This document shows, one piece after another, positions 15,686 to 26,370 of a stretch of DNA of 64,000 bases. The DNA lies in NCBI GenBank assembly GCA_964453605.1, contig CAYVOI010000001.1, forward strand, positions 612,095-676,094. Direction: 5' to 3'. The translations under genes were made by a program, and so were the position numbers. This DNA is from an uncultured Gammaproteobacteria bacterium (GTDB lineage: Bacteria > Patescibacteriota > Patescibacteriia > Veblenbacterales > UBA10138). The notes beneath the pieces were generated by a model. That model was not told where the DNA came from. It did no database searches and saw only the letters and a list, made by a program, of their open reading frames with translations. Every line of letters begins with the position of its first letter. Within the stretch, counting starts at the first letter, position 1.

Positions 15686-18406
15686 TTATGCGCCGTGACA
15701 ACGCTTATACTTCTTGCCTGAACCGCACGGGCAGGGGTCGTTGCGGCCGACTTTGTGGCCAGCGGCGTCGCGTGGTTTGGCTGAAGCGTTACCACTGGCG
15801 GATAGTGCCGGGGCGTACACGCTCTTGCCCTCGGCCATGGTCTTGGCTGGGCCTTGCTCTTGCATTTGTAAGCGCGGCGCCTCTTGCTCCTTAACTAAGT
15901 TCTGCACCACTTGGGATTTGTAAATGTTGTAAACCACTTCGTCCTGAATAGCTGCCAAGAGCTCTTTGAACATGCGGTAGCCTTCGCGCTTGTACTCCAC
16001 CAGCGGGTCGCGCTGACCGTAGCCCTGTAGCCCAATGCCACCCCTAAGGTGGTCCATGGTTGTTAAGTGCTTAACCCATAAGTTGTCTATACTCCGAAGC
16101 AGAATGGTTTTCTCGGCCTCGCGCATAATATGCTCGGGGTTTGTAACGCCGATTTTCCGAGCGTCGTTTACGAGCTGGGCTTCCAGCTTGTTGTACGCCC
16201 CACCGGCTAGACCCGTGAGGTAGGTAATTATTTTGGAACGAGCTTTAGCGTCAGCTGAAGCGTCGCCGGCTTCGGCTTCAATATCATCAAGCTTTTTCCG
16301 AAGTTCCTGGGGCACGGGGAACATGGAGTGAGCCACTTCGTAAATTTCCTGCAGGTTCCACTTAGACTCGTCCTCAATTGCGGTGTGAAAGGCAACTACC
16401 TCGGCAATCTCTGCCTCGATCATGCCTATGACCTGCTTTTTCAAAGCCGCGGGGTCGCTCTCAGTATCGCGCAAAATTTGCCGGCGGCGCTCGTAGATAG
16501 CCTCGCGCTGTTTGTTCAACACATCGTCGTACTCCACCAGGTGCTTGCGGATGTCAAAGTTGTTCCCCTCTACCTTTTTCTGCGCGGTGGCAATGGAACG
16601 GCTGACGAGCTTGTTCTCTATCGGTACATCGTCTGGGAGCCCGAGGCGAACCATCATAGCCTTTACACGATCACCCCCGAAAATGCGCATGAGGTCGTCC
16701 TCTAGAGATACAAAGAACTGTGACACACCGGGGTCGCCTTGGCGGCCACTGCGGCCACGGAGCTGGTTGTCGATGCGGCGCGCCTCGTGCCGCTCAGTAC
16801 CGATGACCCTCAGGCCCCCAGCCTTACGCACGAACTCAGCCTCGGCCTCTACGGCCGGGTTGCCGCCGAGTATGATGTCGACACCGCGGCCAGCCATGTT
16901 GGTGGCAATGGTGACCGCGCCTTTGCGGCCTGCCTGGGCGATGATGGCTGCTTCACGCTCGTGGTTTTTGGCGTTCAACAACTCGTGCGGCACGCCTTCG
17001 CGCGTGAGGAGCTCGGAAAGTAACTCGTTCTTCTCAATAGAAATAGTGCCAACCAAAACCGGCTGGCCAGCCTCGTGCGCCTTTTTTACCTCTGCTACTA
17101 CGGCTTGCAGCTTACCAGTTTCGTTCTTGTAGACCCTGTCTGGCAGGTCGGCGCGCACCATGGGGCGGTGAGTCGGAATAGAGACTACTTCCAGCTTATA
17201 AATTTTGAAAAACTCTTCTGCTTCGGTGGCCGCGGTACCAGTCATGCCAGCGAGTTTTTTGTAAAGCCTAAAGTAGTTTTGGAAGGTGATGGTGGCGAGC
17301 GTTAGCGATTCGCGTTGAATTTTAACGTTCTCCTTAGCCTCAATGGCCTGGTGCAAGCCTTCGGAATAGCGGCGGCCGAACATGAGGCGGCCCGTGAACT
17401 CATCTACAATCACTACCTCGTCGTCCCTCACCACGTAGTCACGGTCACGGCGGAACAGCGCCTTGGCTTTGAGCGCCTGCTCCAGATGGTGTACCATTTC
17501 GAACCCGCCCTCCTCGTAAAGGTTTTTTACTCCGAGCCAGCTTTCGGCTTTAGTAATACCCTCGTCCGTAAAGGTTGAGGCTCGCATTTTCTCGTCTACG
17601 TTGTAGTCGGTGTTCTCGACCAAAGTATCTACAAACCGTGCTACGTCGTAGTACTTCTGCACCGCCTCTTCCGCTGGTGCGGAAATAATGAGCGGGGTGC
17701 GGGCTTCGTCAATTAAAATAGAGTCCACCTCGTCCACAATGGCGAAGTGTAGGGGGCGCTGCACCATTTGTTCCTTGCGCCACACCATGTTGTCCCGGAG
17801 GTAGTCAAAGCCAAACTCGTTGTTGGTGCCGTAGGTGATGTCGGCCTGGTAGGCCTCGCGCCGTGGCACGGGGCGGAGGTTAGCAAAGGTGGGGTCGCTG
17901 TGCTGTACGGTGGGGTCGTACAGGTAGGCAGTTTCGTGGTTTATGCAGGCACAGGTCAGGCCTAAGGTCGCGTACACCTTGCCCATCCAAATAGCGTCAC
18001 GCCGTGCCAGGTAGTCGTTCACGGTAACCACGTGCACACCCTTACCCTCCAGCGCGTTAAGGTACACGGCACTCGTCGCAGTTAACGTTTTACCTTCACC
18101 GGTTCTCATTTCAGCAATTTGCCCACGGTGCAGCACCATGCCGCCCACGAGCTGTACGTCAAAGTGCCGCTGGCCTATGGCCCGCCGGGCGCCCTCGCGC
18201 ACGATGGCAAAGGCCTCAGGCAAAAGGTCGTCTAGCGTTTGGCCGTTTGCCAAACGAGTCTTGAGCTCTTGGGTACGAGTTTTAAGAACTTCGTCGCTCA
18301 GCGCTTTGACTTCGCCTTCCAGCTCATTCACACGCGAAACCAGTGGCTGGAGTTTACCAACCACGCGAGCATTTGGGTCGCCAAAAAGTTTGTTCAAAAA
18401 AGACAT
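15686..18406 (-). CDS. secA: Preprotein translocase ATPase SecA
   Basis: 906 aa. N-terminus [16 protein letters not shown]..., DEAD-motor motifs, and a C-terminal zinc finger [14 protein letters not shown]. Confidence 0.95.
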   Translation of the reverse strand: MSFLNKLFGDPNARVVGKLQPLVSRVNELEGEVKALSDEVLKTRTQELKTRLANGQTLDDLLPEAFAIVREGARRAIGQRHFDVQLVGGMVLHRGQIAEMRTGEGKTLTATSAVYLNALEGKGVHVVTVNDYLARRDAIWMGKVYATLGLTCACINHETAYLYDPTVQHSDPTFANLRPVPRREAYQADITYGTNNEFGFDYLRDNMVWRKEQMVQRPLHFAIVDEVDSILIDEARTPLIISAPAEEAVQKYYDVARFVDTLVENTDYNVDEKMRASTFTDEGITKAESWLGVKNLYEEGGFEMVHHLEQALKAKALFRRDRDYVVRDDEVVIVDEFTGRLMFGRRYSEGLHQAIEAKENVKIQRESLTLATITFQNYFRLYKKLAGMTGTAATEAEEFFKIYKLEVVSIPTHRPMVRADLPDRVYKNETGKLQAVVAEVKKAHEAGQPVLVGTISIEKNELLSELLTREGVPHELLNAKNHEREAAIIAQAGRKGAVTIATNMAGRGVDIILGGNPAVEAEAEFVRKAGGLRVIGTERHEARRIDNQLRGRSGRQGDPGVSQFFVSLEDDLMRIFGGDRVKAMMVRLGLPDDVPIENKLVSRSIATAQKKVEGNNFDIRKHLVEYDDVLNKQREAIYERRRQILRDTESDPAALKKQVIGMIEAEIAEVVAFHTAIEDESKWNLQEIYEVAHSMFPVPQELRKKLDDIEAEAGDASADAKARSKIITYLTGLAGGAYNKLEAQLVNDARKIGVTNPEHIMREAEKTILLRSIDNLWVKHLTTMDHLRGGIGLQGYGQRDPLVEYKREGYRMFKELLAAIQDEVVYNIYKSQVVQNLVKEQEAPRLQMQEQGPAKTMAEGKSVYAPALSASGNASAKPRDAAGHKVGRNDPCPCGSGKKYKRCHGA

Positions 18407-18608
18407 GGCAAAGGTATGAAGCAGGACTAACTGTACCAGCGTTTTGCCCTCTTGACAAGCCTGACGCCTGCTGGTAAGGTTTCCACAATTTGGACTACTA
18501 TAAAAAATCTCTTTTACAAAAGCTCAGAGCGTTCAGGCTAGGGTTGTAGAAACCCAGTAACCTGTACGGCACCAGAACAACAAATCCACAACTAGAAGGA
18601 GCTAGACC

Positions 18609-19316
18609 ATGAACCGCCCCCACATTCGTTTGCTCACACTACACGGACTCAGCCAACTCAAGTGGTCTGAGGTTCAACGACAGCTGACGCAAGATGAGAT
18701 CACCTACATGCTACAGACGGCCGGTAACTGGTGGAAACATTCCGGCGATGTCAAGAAACCGCACGCTATGTTACCAGGCGGCTGCACCAACGGCTACATC
18801 AACGTCTTCCAGGCGCTTACCTACACCAACCTGTGTGAGATCTTCGCACACGATCTGTTCCTGCGGCTGCAAGATCAACTCAACGGCCACAAGCCTGCCT
18901 GGGTCATTGGCATTGCGCACTCGGGAGTGCCGCTGGCGCAAAAGGTGGCCGAGCTCTTCGGCTGCCGGTTTGATTACACCCACAAAACCGGCGACGACGG
19001 CCAAAAGTACGACCGTATCAAAATCGCCCCCGACGAGCCGGTACTCTTGGTGGACGAAATCATGGCGCGCGGAACGTCTATGCTCAACAGCAAACACGCC
19101 ATTGAAGCCTACCACCAGTACCCAATCCGGTGGCTCCCCATGGTAGGGGTATTCGTCTACCGTTCCGCCATCCCTAACATTGAGGGCTTGGAAATTGTAA
19201 GCTCTGCCAACTACGATATTCAGTCGTGGTCGCGGCACGAGTGCCCCCTGTGCCAGCAGGGGTCCCTGCGCATACACCCAAAAGAGGGCAACAACTGGGC
19301 GCTCTTGACCCAGTAG
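18609..19316 (+). CDS. Phosphoribosyltransferase (PRT type I, OPRT-like) family protein
   Basis: PRPP-binding loop VLLVDEIMARGTSM preceded by IGIAHSGVPLAQ. Promoter-like TTGACA...TAAGGT and a GAAGGAG RBS lie upstream. It may be pyrE but the N-terminus is atypical. Confidence 0.5.
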   Translation: MNRPHIRLLTLHGLSQLKWSEVQRQLTQDEITYMLQTAGNWWKHSGDVKKPHAMLPGGCTNGYINVFQALTYTNLCEIFAHDLFLRLQDQLNGHKPAWVIGIAHSGVPLAQKVAELFGCRFDYTHKTGDDGQKYDRIKIAPDEPVLLVDEIMARGTSMLNSKHAIEAYHQYPIRWLPMVGVFVYRSAIPNIEGLEIVSSANYDIQSWSRHECPLCQQGSLRIHPKEGNNWALLTQ

Positions 19317-19376
19317 CAGGCAATCGCCTGGCAAACTAGTTTACCAAAATCACAAACCAAAAACTATGAGGACACC

Positions 19377-19892
19377 ATGGAACTTTCATTCATACTGGTC
19401 AGCCTGAACACGGCTACTGTCCAGTTCCTGCGCGAACAGTTTGAAACTTTTCCCCTTACCATCGTGCACAGCTACCAGGCTGCCGTTGAGGCTGTGAAAC
19501 GCGCCGACAACCCCCTGCAAACAGTGCTGCTCACGGAACTGGGTATTCCCCTAACGCCGGGCAGTAAGCCGCACGCCGGTCTCTCGTTCTTGCTGCAGCA
19601 CGTAGCTGCCTACCAAGGTCTTAGGGCGGTCATCATAGGAACCAACGAGTTCCAAAACGGCTCGGTGGCCCAAGCCATGCGCGGGCTCAAGAGTAAAGAG
19701 TTCAACGGACGGTGGTACACGAGCAAGTACACCGTGAGCCCCATGCAGGACGTGGTGACCGAAGTCTACTTCGTGGAACTTTCGCCCCAAGCAGCAGACG
19801 AGGTGATTTCACACCCCATGGCCGTTGACTGGCTCAAGGTAATTGAGCTGTACACGGAGTACAACCAACAGAACAAGCTGGTGGAAACCTAA
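19377..19892 (+). CDS. Hypothetical protein, receiver-like (CheY-fold-like) without canonical phospho-Asp
   Basis: 171 aa. ILVSLN...QTVLLTELGIP...AVIIGTN resembles a REC domain with substituted acidic residues. Weak. Confidence 0.35.
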   Translation: MELSFILVSLNTATVQFLREQFETFPLTIVHSYQAAVEAVKRADNPLQTVLLTELGIPLTPGSKPHAGLSFLLQHVAAYQGLRAVIIGTNEFQNGSVAQAMRGLKSKEFNGRWYTSKYTVSPMQDVVTEVYFVELSPQAADEVISHPMAVDWLKVIELYTEYNQQNKLVET

Positions 19893-19914
19893 ACCATCAG
19901 TCCAGCTCATACTA

Positions 19915-19951
19915 AACAGGCTCTCCCGCAATTCGGAGAGCCTGTTGTTTT
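19915..19951. terminator. Bidirectional intrinsic terminator (12-bp perfect stem AACAGGCTCTCC / GGAGAGCCTGTT + GTTTT)
   Basis: Seen in sequence between convergent genes. Confidence 0.8.
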
Positions 19952-19965
19952 ACCTTAGAACGTAC

Positions 19966-20280
19966 CTAAACCGCCAGCTGAACCACCAGCAGAACAACGG
20001 TGAACAGAGCTAACCAGGAAAGCGTAGTCATGATGAGCTTTACGGCCTCTGCCTTTTTGCCTTCCAGGTACATAAGCACGGGCTTTAAAAAGATGAGGCA
20101 ACCCACCACGCCAGCCGACAGCACGAGCAGGGTGAGCATGGAAATGGGTGCCAACGCGGTGTCGGGCCGATTACCAAAGATATGGTTAGCATTAAAGAGC
20201 AACCCACCTACCACGGTCGTATAGGCGATGACGCCGAGGGCGCTTACGAGTCCGCGACGAACCAAGGACAGGTGTTCCAT
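19966..20280 (-). CDS. Small membrane protein (3 TM)
   Basis: Start set at the internal Met (MEHLSLVRRG...) to avoid overlap with pdaD. Hydrophobic helices. Confidence 0.4.
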   Translation of the reverse strand: MEHLSLVRRGLVSALGVIAYTTVVGGLLFNANHIFGNRPDTALAPISMLTLLVLSAGVVGCLIFLKPVLMYLEGKKAEAVKLIMTTLSWLALFTVVLLVVQLAV

Positions 20281-20299
20281 AGCGGCGACTATAGCATGG

Positions 20300-20848
20300 T
20301 TACTCACCAGGCACAAACACGGCGGCCGCCAGCACGGTAGTCCACAGGCCGTCCTTGTGGCCAATAGCTGACTGGGTAACGTTGGTGGTTTTAATAATCT
20401 TGCCGCTGGCTTTGTAGAGCTGCTCGCGCTCGTCCCAGGCGGCATTGGGGTCAAACTCTAACCCCAAGGTGGTAGCCAGCATGCTGGCGGCTAGGTCTTC
20501 GGCGTACTCACCCGCCTTCTCTTCGGTTTCGCCGAAGGACTTGTGCTCCGATAGGTAGCCGTACTGCGTGCCATCGCTCGGCAAACCTAACCCAACCGCG
20601 GCGGCTATTAAACGATTGGGCTCGTTCGATCGGTTCTGGTAGATAACGGCAAACACCACTTCACCGGGCTTCAGCAGCTCCAAACCTTGGCTGCGGCTGA
20701 TAATTTTACAGCCGGGTGGAAAAATGGACGACACACCAACAATGTTAAACTTCTCGATGCCGGCGTCCCTGAGCGCCATTTCAAACGAGCCTAGCTCTTC
20801 TTTGTGCCGCCCCACACCTTTGGTAAAGAAAACGTACTTGGGAACCAT
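20300..20848 (-). CDS. pdaD: Pyruvoyl-dependent arginine decarboxylase (PdaD/AaxB family)
   Basis: [45 protein letters not shown] matches the PvlArgDC N-terminal region, including the SS self-cleavage site. Confidence 0.6.
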   Translation of the reverse strand: MVPKYVFFTKGVGRHKEELGSFEMALRDAGIEKFNIVGVSSIFPPGCKIISRSQGLELLKPGEVVFAVIYQNRSNEPNRLIAAAVGLGLPSDGTQYGYLSEHKSFGETEEKAGEYAEDLAASMLATTLGLEFDPNAAWDEREQLYKASGKIIKTTNVTQSAIGHKDGLWTTVLAAAVFVPGE

Positions 20849-20893
20849 TATTCGTCTTGGTTAATGGTAACGCTCTACGGTGAAACCTACGGC

Positions 20894-21235
20894 TCAGGCA
20901 GAGGCTCGCTTGCTGCGCCGCTCACGCCTGAGCTTAGCCTGCTCCCTACCTTTAAGTTTCATGATCTGGCGTTCCAGTTTCGGCACTACCACGTCTATAG
21001 CCGCGTGCATGTCGGCCGCCTTAGCCCCAAGCGCAATGTCCGGCTCCCCCGGAATGTCCAGCCAGACTTCTACACGGTAAATGTTGCCTGACTTTTGGTT
21101 GTGGTCCACGTCAAGCTCCACCCGCGCGCGGGAAATTTTACCCCAGTAGTGCGCCAGCTTGCCTACTTTTTGGGTGACGTAGGTTTTGAGCGACGGCGTG
21201 AGCCTGAAGTCCTTACCTGAGATAATGATGTCCAT
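20894..21235 (-). CDS. hpf: Ribosome hibernation promoting factor (RaiA/HPF, short form)
   Basis: MDIIISGKDFRLTPSLKTYVTQKVGKL...VELDVDHNQKSGNIYRVEV pattern. Start at the internal Met. Confidence 0.8.
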   Translation of the reverse strand: MDIIISGKDFRLTPSLKTYVTQKVGKLAHYWGKISRARVELDVDHNQKSGNIYRVEVWLDIPGEPDIALGAKAADMHAAIDVVVPKLERQIMKLKGREQAKLRRERRSKRASA

Positions 21236-21319
21236 AGCGAGCCTAGTAACTATAGGAAATACTCCCACGCGGTGCAACCCTCCTCGGGCCAGGGAAACCT
21301 GTGGAAAACTGAGTCACGC

Positions 21320-22336
21320 CTAGAAGCCTAAGTACCTGACCTCTTCCTGGAGCTGGAGGCCAAGGTTGTCCCGCGCGGCCTGCTTAATAGCCGAGATCAT
21401 CATCACCACCTGCTCAGCGGTAGCTCCACCGAGGTTTACTAAGTAGTTAGCGTGGTCCACTGATACCTGCACCTGCCCGATGGTTTTACCCTTAAAACTC
21501 AGGCACTTGTCGATGAGCCAGCTCGAGGGTAGCTGGCCACGGGCTATGAACTCTTCCAGCTTGGGCTCGCCCGCAAACTTTTGCCTAACCTCGTCAGGGT
21601 TTGTAATGGGCACGTTGGTGAATATGCAGCCGGAGGAGGGTAGGTGGTAGGGTTGGCCCTTACGCGCTCCGAGGTAGGTTTTTATCAACTCCTGGCTCTT
21701 CAACTTGTCTCCCACCTGAAGTTCCAGCGCCGCACGTAAGATAACATCGCTGTTATGCTTGAACAGCGATTCGCGGTAGGCAAAAACACAGTCAGCTTGT
21801 GGTACGTGGATTACCTTATCCCCGCGACACACCACGACCTCACTTACCCAGTCGCCAATGAACCCGCGTGGTGCGGCGGGCAGGCCGGCGTTGCCGTAGA
21901 TGGCACCGCCCACCGTGCCCGGCACGGCTACCAAAGGCTCCAGGCCAGTGAGGCCAGCGGCCACAGTTTGCTGCACCAGGTACGCCAGCTTCACGCCAGC
22001 CTCAGCTATAACCTGCTGCCCGTTAATGGTGAGCTGGTTACACCTGACCTCTACTACTAACCCCACCACGCCACGGTCGGCCACTAAAACATTTGAGCCG
22101 CCACCTAACATTGTAAGGGGGAGCTGCAGTTCATGCGCCACCTGAATAGCGCGCACGAGCTCTTGGGTGGTCTGCGCGGTAAAGAAGTACTGCGCCGGCC
22201 CACCAATTTTAAAATTGGTGTGCTGAGCCAACGGCTCACCGGCCTTTACCGTTTCGCCTAAATTTTCTTTAAGCTTAGCGTAGAGTGTAGGCATAGAACT
22301 ACTGCTCAGCCTAGACAATACTTCGGCATTAGGCAA
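21320..22336 (-). CDS. murB: UDP-N-acetylenolpyruvoylglucosamine reductase MurB
   Basis: FAD-binding N-domain (FKIGGPAQYF), MurB C-domain, and dcw context. The true start may be the internal Met at about 22294. Confidence 0.85.
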   Translation of the reverse strand: MPNAEVLSRLSSSSMPTLYAKLKENLGETVKAGEPLAQHTNFKIGGPAQYFFTAQTTQELVRAIQVAHELQLPLTMLGGGSNVLVADRGVVGLVVEVRCNQLTINGQQVIAEAGVKLAYLVQQTVAAGLTGLEPLVAVPGTVGGAIYGNAGLPAAPRGFIGDWVSEVVVCRGDKVIHVPQADCVFAYRESLFKHNSDVILRAALELQVGDKLKSQELIKTYLGARKGQPYHLPSSGCIFTNVPITNPDEVRQKFAGEPKLEEFIARGQLPSSWLIDKCLSFKGKTIGQVQVSVDHANYLVNLGGATAEQVVMMISAIKQAARDNLGLQLQEEVRYLGF

Positions 22337-22686
22337 CCCTTGACAAAACTGCTTACCTAAACTATAGTAAGGTGTTACTTAATACATAGACCCTCAACAA
22401 GGTGTTTACCGTGGTACCAGAATTCTCAAGTTCCAGCACGAATCGCAGTCGAATAGGCGAAAAGCGTTAGTTGCGACAGGAGCTGGTATCGCGGTAAGCA
22501 CCTTTTTTAAAAACAAATTTTTCAACCAACATAGAGGGTTACCATGAAGAATTCATATGATCTTGCGCGACCACAGAACTCGCGGCGACCGCTGCTCCTC
22601 ATACCATTGCTGGCGATAGCCAGCATACTTGGCCTTATAGGGCACTTCGTGTTTCACCTATTCTAGGTGCCGAGACCCACATCAAA

Positions 22687-22725
22687 AAGAAAAAACCGAC
22701 CTTGAACCCAAGGCCGGCTTTTTCT
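22687..22725. terminator. Bidirectional intrinsic terminator (A-tract, 9-bp stem CCGACCTTG/CAAGGCCGG with one mismatch, T-tract) directly after murC
   Basis: Seen in sequence. Separates murC from murB inside the dcw cluster. Confidence 0.6.
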
Positions 22726-22744
22726 TTTCTATCAAAACTACATG

Positions 22745-24151
22745 CTAGTGCTCACTGCCGGAAACTGTACCAAACTGCTTGATGAGCGCCTCCCCCACCT
22801 GCCAGACGTCCCCCGCTCCCATGGTTACCACCAAGTCACTGCGGCCGGCTGTGCTGCTCAAGTACTCAGTGGCTTGAGCGATTGAAGGGCAATACGAAGC
22901 TGTGGGTTTGTACTTCTTAATTTCTTCAAGCAGCGCTTCGCTGTCGGCACCTTTGCCCGCGTCGCGCGCCGAGGCATACGTCGGCAGCAGCACTACCTCG
23001 TCGGCCTCCGCAAAGCTCTTGGCAAAATCACTAAGCAGCGCTTGAGTTCTTGAGAACGTGTGGGGCTGGAATACACAGCGAATGTGCTTGTAGGGGTAAA
23101 ACGCTTTAAGCGCTTTCAAGGTCGCTGCAATTTCTGTGGGGTGGTGAGCGTAGTCATCCACCACCGTGACGCCGTTCGTTAGCTTGCCCTTCTGCTCCAG
23201 GCGGCGTGAGGTGCCCTCAAACGAAGCCAGGGCCTGACGGATAACTTCCAAATCAACACCTAAACGGCTCGCACAGGCGACGGCGGCCAAAGCGTTCGCT
23301 ACGTTGTGGCTGCCAATAAGCTTGAGCCAGAAATCACCTTTGAACTCTTCCCCCTGGCGCGCAGAAAAGTGCCAACGGCCTTCGTCGAGCCACATGCGCA
23401 CCATGCGCCAGTTACCGTCTTGCAAACCATAGCTCACAATTTGCTCTGGTTTGAGGCCTGCATCTGCCACCGCGCGTTTAACTCGGGGGTCGTCGTAGCA
23501 GGCCACCACAAAACCATCGGGCGGCAAGCGCTTAAGAAAGCTGACAAAGGCAGCGTAGTAATCGTCAGGGGTGGCAAAAAAGTCAGGGTGGTCCCAGTCG
23601 ATGCTGGTGAGCACCACGGCCTGCGGAGAGAAATACTGAAACTTGTTCTGGTACTCATCAGCCTCAAACACAAACAGGTCCCCGGAACCGGCCAGCGCAT
23701 TCCCCTGCCAGCCCAAGACCTGCGAACCAACCAAGGCTGAGGGGTGAAGCTTAGCTACCTCTAACACGTGAGCTAAAAGCGCCGAGGTAGTAGTTTTGCC
23801 GTGGGAACCTGCGACCGCAATAGCGCGTGTGCCTTGGGTGAGTTGGCCAAGTGCCTCAGGGTAGGTTAGCACCGGCAGTCCTTTAGCCAGGGCGGCCGCT
23901 ACCTCGTGGTGTGTTTCACCGTAGGCCGTGGAGCGGACTACTACATCTATTGGTTTGTCCAGGTGTTTGGCGTCAAATCCATCATAGCACTCCAAGCCTA
24001 CGCGCCGGAGCACCTCGTCGGTAAAAAAGTGTTCATCAGTGTCGCTCCCCCACACCTCGGCGCCGCGCGCTTTAAGGAGTTGGGCAAGCCCCGTCATGCC
24101 AACGCCCTTAAGGCCAATGCAGTACACGCGGCGGGCGCTCTTGATATCCAT
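22745..24151 (-). CDS. murC: UDP-N-acetylmuramate--L-alanine ligase MurC
   Basis: 468 aa Mur ligase with GSHGKTTT P-loop. dcw context. Confidence 0.9.
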   Translation of the reverse strand: MDIKSARRVYCIGLKGVGMTGLAQLLKARGAEVWGSDTDEHFFTDEVLRRVGLECYDGFDAKHLDKPIDVVVRSTAYGETHHEVAAALAKGLPVLTYPEALGQLTQGTRAIAVAGSHGKTTTSALLAHVLEVAKLHPSALVGSQVLGWQGNALAGSGDLFVFEADEYQNKFQYFSPQAVVLTSIDWDHPDFFATPDDYYAAFVSFLKRLPPDGFVVACYDDPRVKRAVADAGLKPEQIVSYGLQDGNWRMVRMWLDEGRWHFSARQGEEFKGDFWLKLIGSHNVANALAAVACASRLGVDLEVIRQALASFEGTSRRLEQKGKLTNGVTVVDDYAHHPTEIAATLKALKAFYPYKHIRCVFQPHTFSRTQALLSDFAKSFAEADEVVLLPTYASARDAGKGADSEALLEEIKKYKPTASYCPSIAQATEYLSSTAGRSDLVVTMGAGDVWQVGEALIKQFGTVSGSEH

Positions 24152-24160
24152 AGGTATACG

Positions 24161-25228
24161 TTAACTTACTTCAATAACACTTCTGACTTCAGCTGCCACT
24201 TGAGCAGCTGCACTGCTCGGGAAGAGCTGCTGGAGCTTTGCGCCGAGCTCAGTGCGACCCTGCAGCGAGCTTAGTAACTCGGTAACGGTAGCAACCAGAA
24301 CCTCAGCGGTCAAGCCTCGCTCCGAGAGTACTGCCGCCGCACCTTTGGTTTGAAGTAAACGTGCATTGTTTTCCTGGTGGCTGGCGAGTATTGGCACCAC
24401 TACAGCGGCACGCGCCAAAGCCCCCAGCTCAGCCAAGGTGCCCATACCAGCGCGGGTTACCACCACGTCGGCCGAGGCTAACACGCTGGCGGTGTCGGTT
24501 GTGAAATCAAATTGGTGGTAACGAGGGTTGGCTGCTGCAGCATGTTCGCCCTTGCCCTGGCCAGTGAGATGAACAACCTGCGCTAGCTTAGTAAGTTCCG
24601 GCACAGCTTGCCCAGTTAGGTGGTTCAGGCTCTCGGCGCCAGTGCCACCGCCGAGAATAGCGACTACCGGCTCAGTGGGCGAAAGTTTAAGCTTCGCTCG
24701 AGCATCGGCCGCAGAGAGGTGATAAAAACTACTGCGTACTGGATTACCGGTGACCACGGTTTTACCTTTGGGGAAGTGCTCCAAGGAAGCTGAAAAGGCA
24801 ACGGTAATTCGGGCAGCGAAGGGTACTAAAATCTTATTCGTTAGGCTGGGCCTGACATCTTGCTGGTGGAGAACCACCGGCACACGCCACAGCCAAGCCG
24901 CCACCCCAACTGGCACACCAACATACCCACCAGCGACGAGTACCGCGTCAGTAGGGTGGTTCACAAACCAAGCCAACGCCTGCACTACCCCTAAAGTAAT
25001 ACGGAACAGATCAGACACGTTCTGCCAGCTCCAGTAGCGCCTGAGCTTACCCGAACTAATAGCTTGAAATGGAATGCCGTACGACTCAACCAGCGCGTGC
25101 TCTGGCCCAGCCTCGGTCCCAAACCACTGTACCTCAAGCTCTGGGGTGTGGCGTTTCAGCTCCTCGACCACCGCCAGCAGTGGAGTAACTGGTCCTAAGG
25201 TGCCGCCGCCGGCGCAAACTACTCTCAT
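24161..25228 (-). CDS. murG: Undecaprenyldiphospho-muramoylpentapeptide beta-N-acetylglucosaminyltransferase MurG
   Basis: 355 aa GT28 with an N-terminal GGGTLGPV motif. Lies between ftsW and murC. Confidence 0.85.
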   Translation of the reverse strand: MRVVCAGGGTLGPVTPLLAVVEELKRHTPELEVQWFGTEAGPEHALVESYGIPFQAISSGKLRRYWSWQNVSDLFRITLGVVQALAWFVNHPTDAVLVAGGYVGVPVGVAAWLWRVPVVLHQQDVRPSLTNKILVPFAARITVAFSASLEHFPKGKTVVTGNPVRSSFYHLSAADARAKLKLSPTEPVVAILGGGTGAESLNHLTGQAVPELTKLAQVVHLTGQGKGEHAAAANPRYHQFDFTTDTASVLASADVVVTRAGMGTLAELGALARAAVVVPILASHQENNARLLQTKGAAAVLSERGLTAEVLVATVTELLSSLQGRTELGAKLQQLFPSSAAAQVAAEVRSVIEVS

Positions 25229-26367
25229 ACGCCTTCAGCCTGAACGGCCTGCCGTGAAATGTTAGTCACCATACCTAGAGCAGCTAAGGTGGTGGCGAGT
25301 GCCGTGCCACCGTAGGAAACAAACGGTAGTGGCACGCCCGTAAGCGGCAACAAGCCAACCATGGAGGCTACGTTGAGGCACGTTTGCCACCCCAACCAAA
25401 CCATAATACCGCAGGCCAGGTAGCGGCCAAAGGCATCGGGCGCGCGTTTGGCAATCCGGAGCCCCCGCCACCAAAAGGCCCCAACCAGCAACAGGAAGAG
25501 CAGGGTAAACACAAACCCAAGCTCTTCGGCGACCACGGCGAAAACCGAATCCCCCGTTACCTCTGGCAGGTACTGGTACTTCTGCCTGGAGTACCCAAGG
25601 CCCAAACCAAACCAGCCGCCGCTGCCCACGGCTAAGAGTGCCTGGTTAATGTGATAGCCAATACCCTGCGGGTCTAGCTCAGGGTTCAGGAACACGGTGA
25701 GGCGCCGAGCTGAGTGAGAAAAAAATTTCACCACCACCCACATGGCAAGTAGCCCTCCGACGCCGAGAGTTACCACCTGGCTCCAACCAGCGCCAGCGAC
25801 TAAGTACGTGCAGAAAACGCTCACCGCCACCACGGACATAGTGCCAAGGTCCGGTTGCAAGGTGATGAGCGCCAACACAGCGCCAACCGTGAGCACGAAT
25901 GGCCAAAACCCGGCTCGCCACTGCCTCAGGCCCTCCTCACCTCTGGCCTCGAGCCAAGCTGCCAGGTAAATAAGCAGCGTAAGCTTTACTACCTCGCTGG
26001 GCTGGAACACAAAACTACCAAAGGCTACCCAACGCCTGGCCCCGCCGTGGCTAAATCCTACGCCCGGCAGAAACACCAGCAGCAGGAGTACCAACGATAC
26101 CGCCAGCGCCAGTGGCGCCCACGGCTTCAGGCGCTGGTAGTTAACCTTACTCAAAATAAGGTAGAGCACTAGGCCGGGTGCCAAACCAAACCAAATCTGG
26201 TGCTTGAGGTAGTAGTAGCTGTCACCAAATTTTTGGAAGGAGACAACGGAAGAGGCCGACGATAGTAAAATGAGCCCCACCACAACCAGAGCGGCAGTAA
26301 GCATAATAAAGACGTAGTCTGGCCGGCCAGAACTGGTGAAGCGCGTAATTGGTGAAGTGCGTGCCAT
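25225..26367 (-). CDS. ftsW: SEDS-family peptidoglycan polymerase FtsW
   Basis: 380 aa polytopic protein with SEDS motifs. Positioned between murD and murG. Confidence 0.8.
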   Translation of the reverse strand: MARTSPITRFTSSGRPDYVFIMLTAALVVVGLILLSSASSVVSFQKFGDSYYYLKHQIWFGLAPGLVLYLILSKVNYQRLKPWAPLALAVSLVLLLLVFLPGVGFSHGGARRWVAFGSFVFQPSEVVKLTLLIYLAAWLEARGEEGLRQWRAGFWPFVLTVGAVLALITLQPDLGTMSVVAVSVFCTYLVAGAGWSQVVTLGVGGLLAMWVVVKFFSHSARRLTVFLNPELDPQGIGYHINQALLAVGSGGWFGLGLGYSRQKYQYLPEVTGDSVFAVVAEELGFVFTLLFLLLVGAFWWRGLRIAKRAPDAFGRYLACGIMVWLGWQTCLNVASMVGLLPLTGVPLPFVSYGGTALATTLAALGMVTNISRQAVQAEGV

Positions 26368-26370
26368 AGC

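Noticed and set aside
22543-22782. 79-codon + ORF with a GAGGG RBS in the murB-murC spacer
   Set aside because: Overlaps the murC 3' end on the opposite strand and has a weak hydrophobic segment. Not in the supplied track. Probably spurious.
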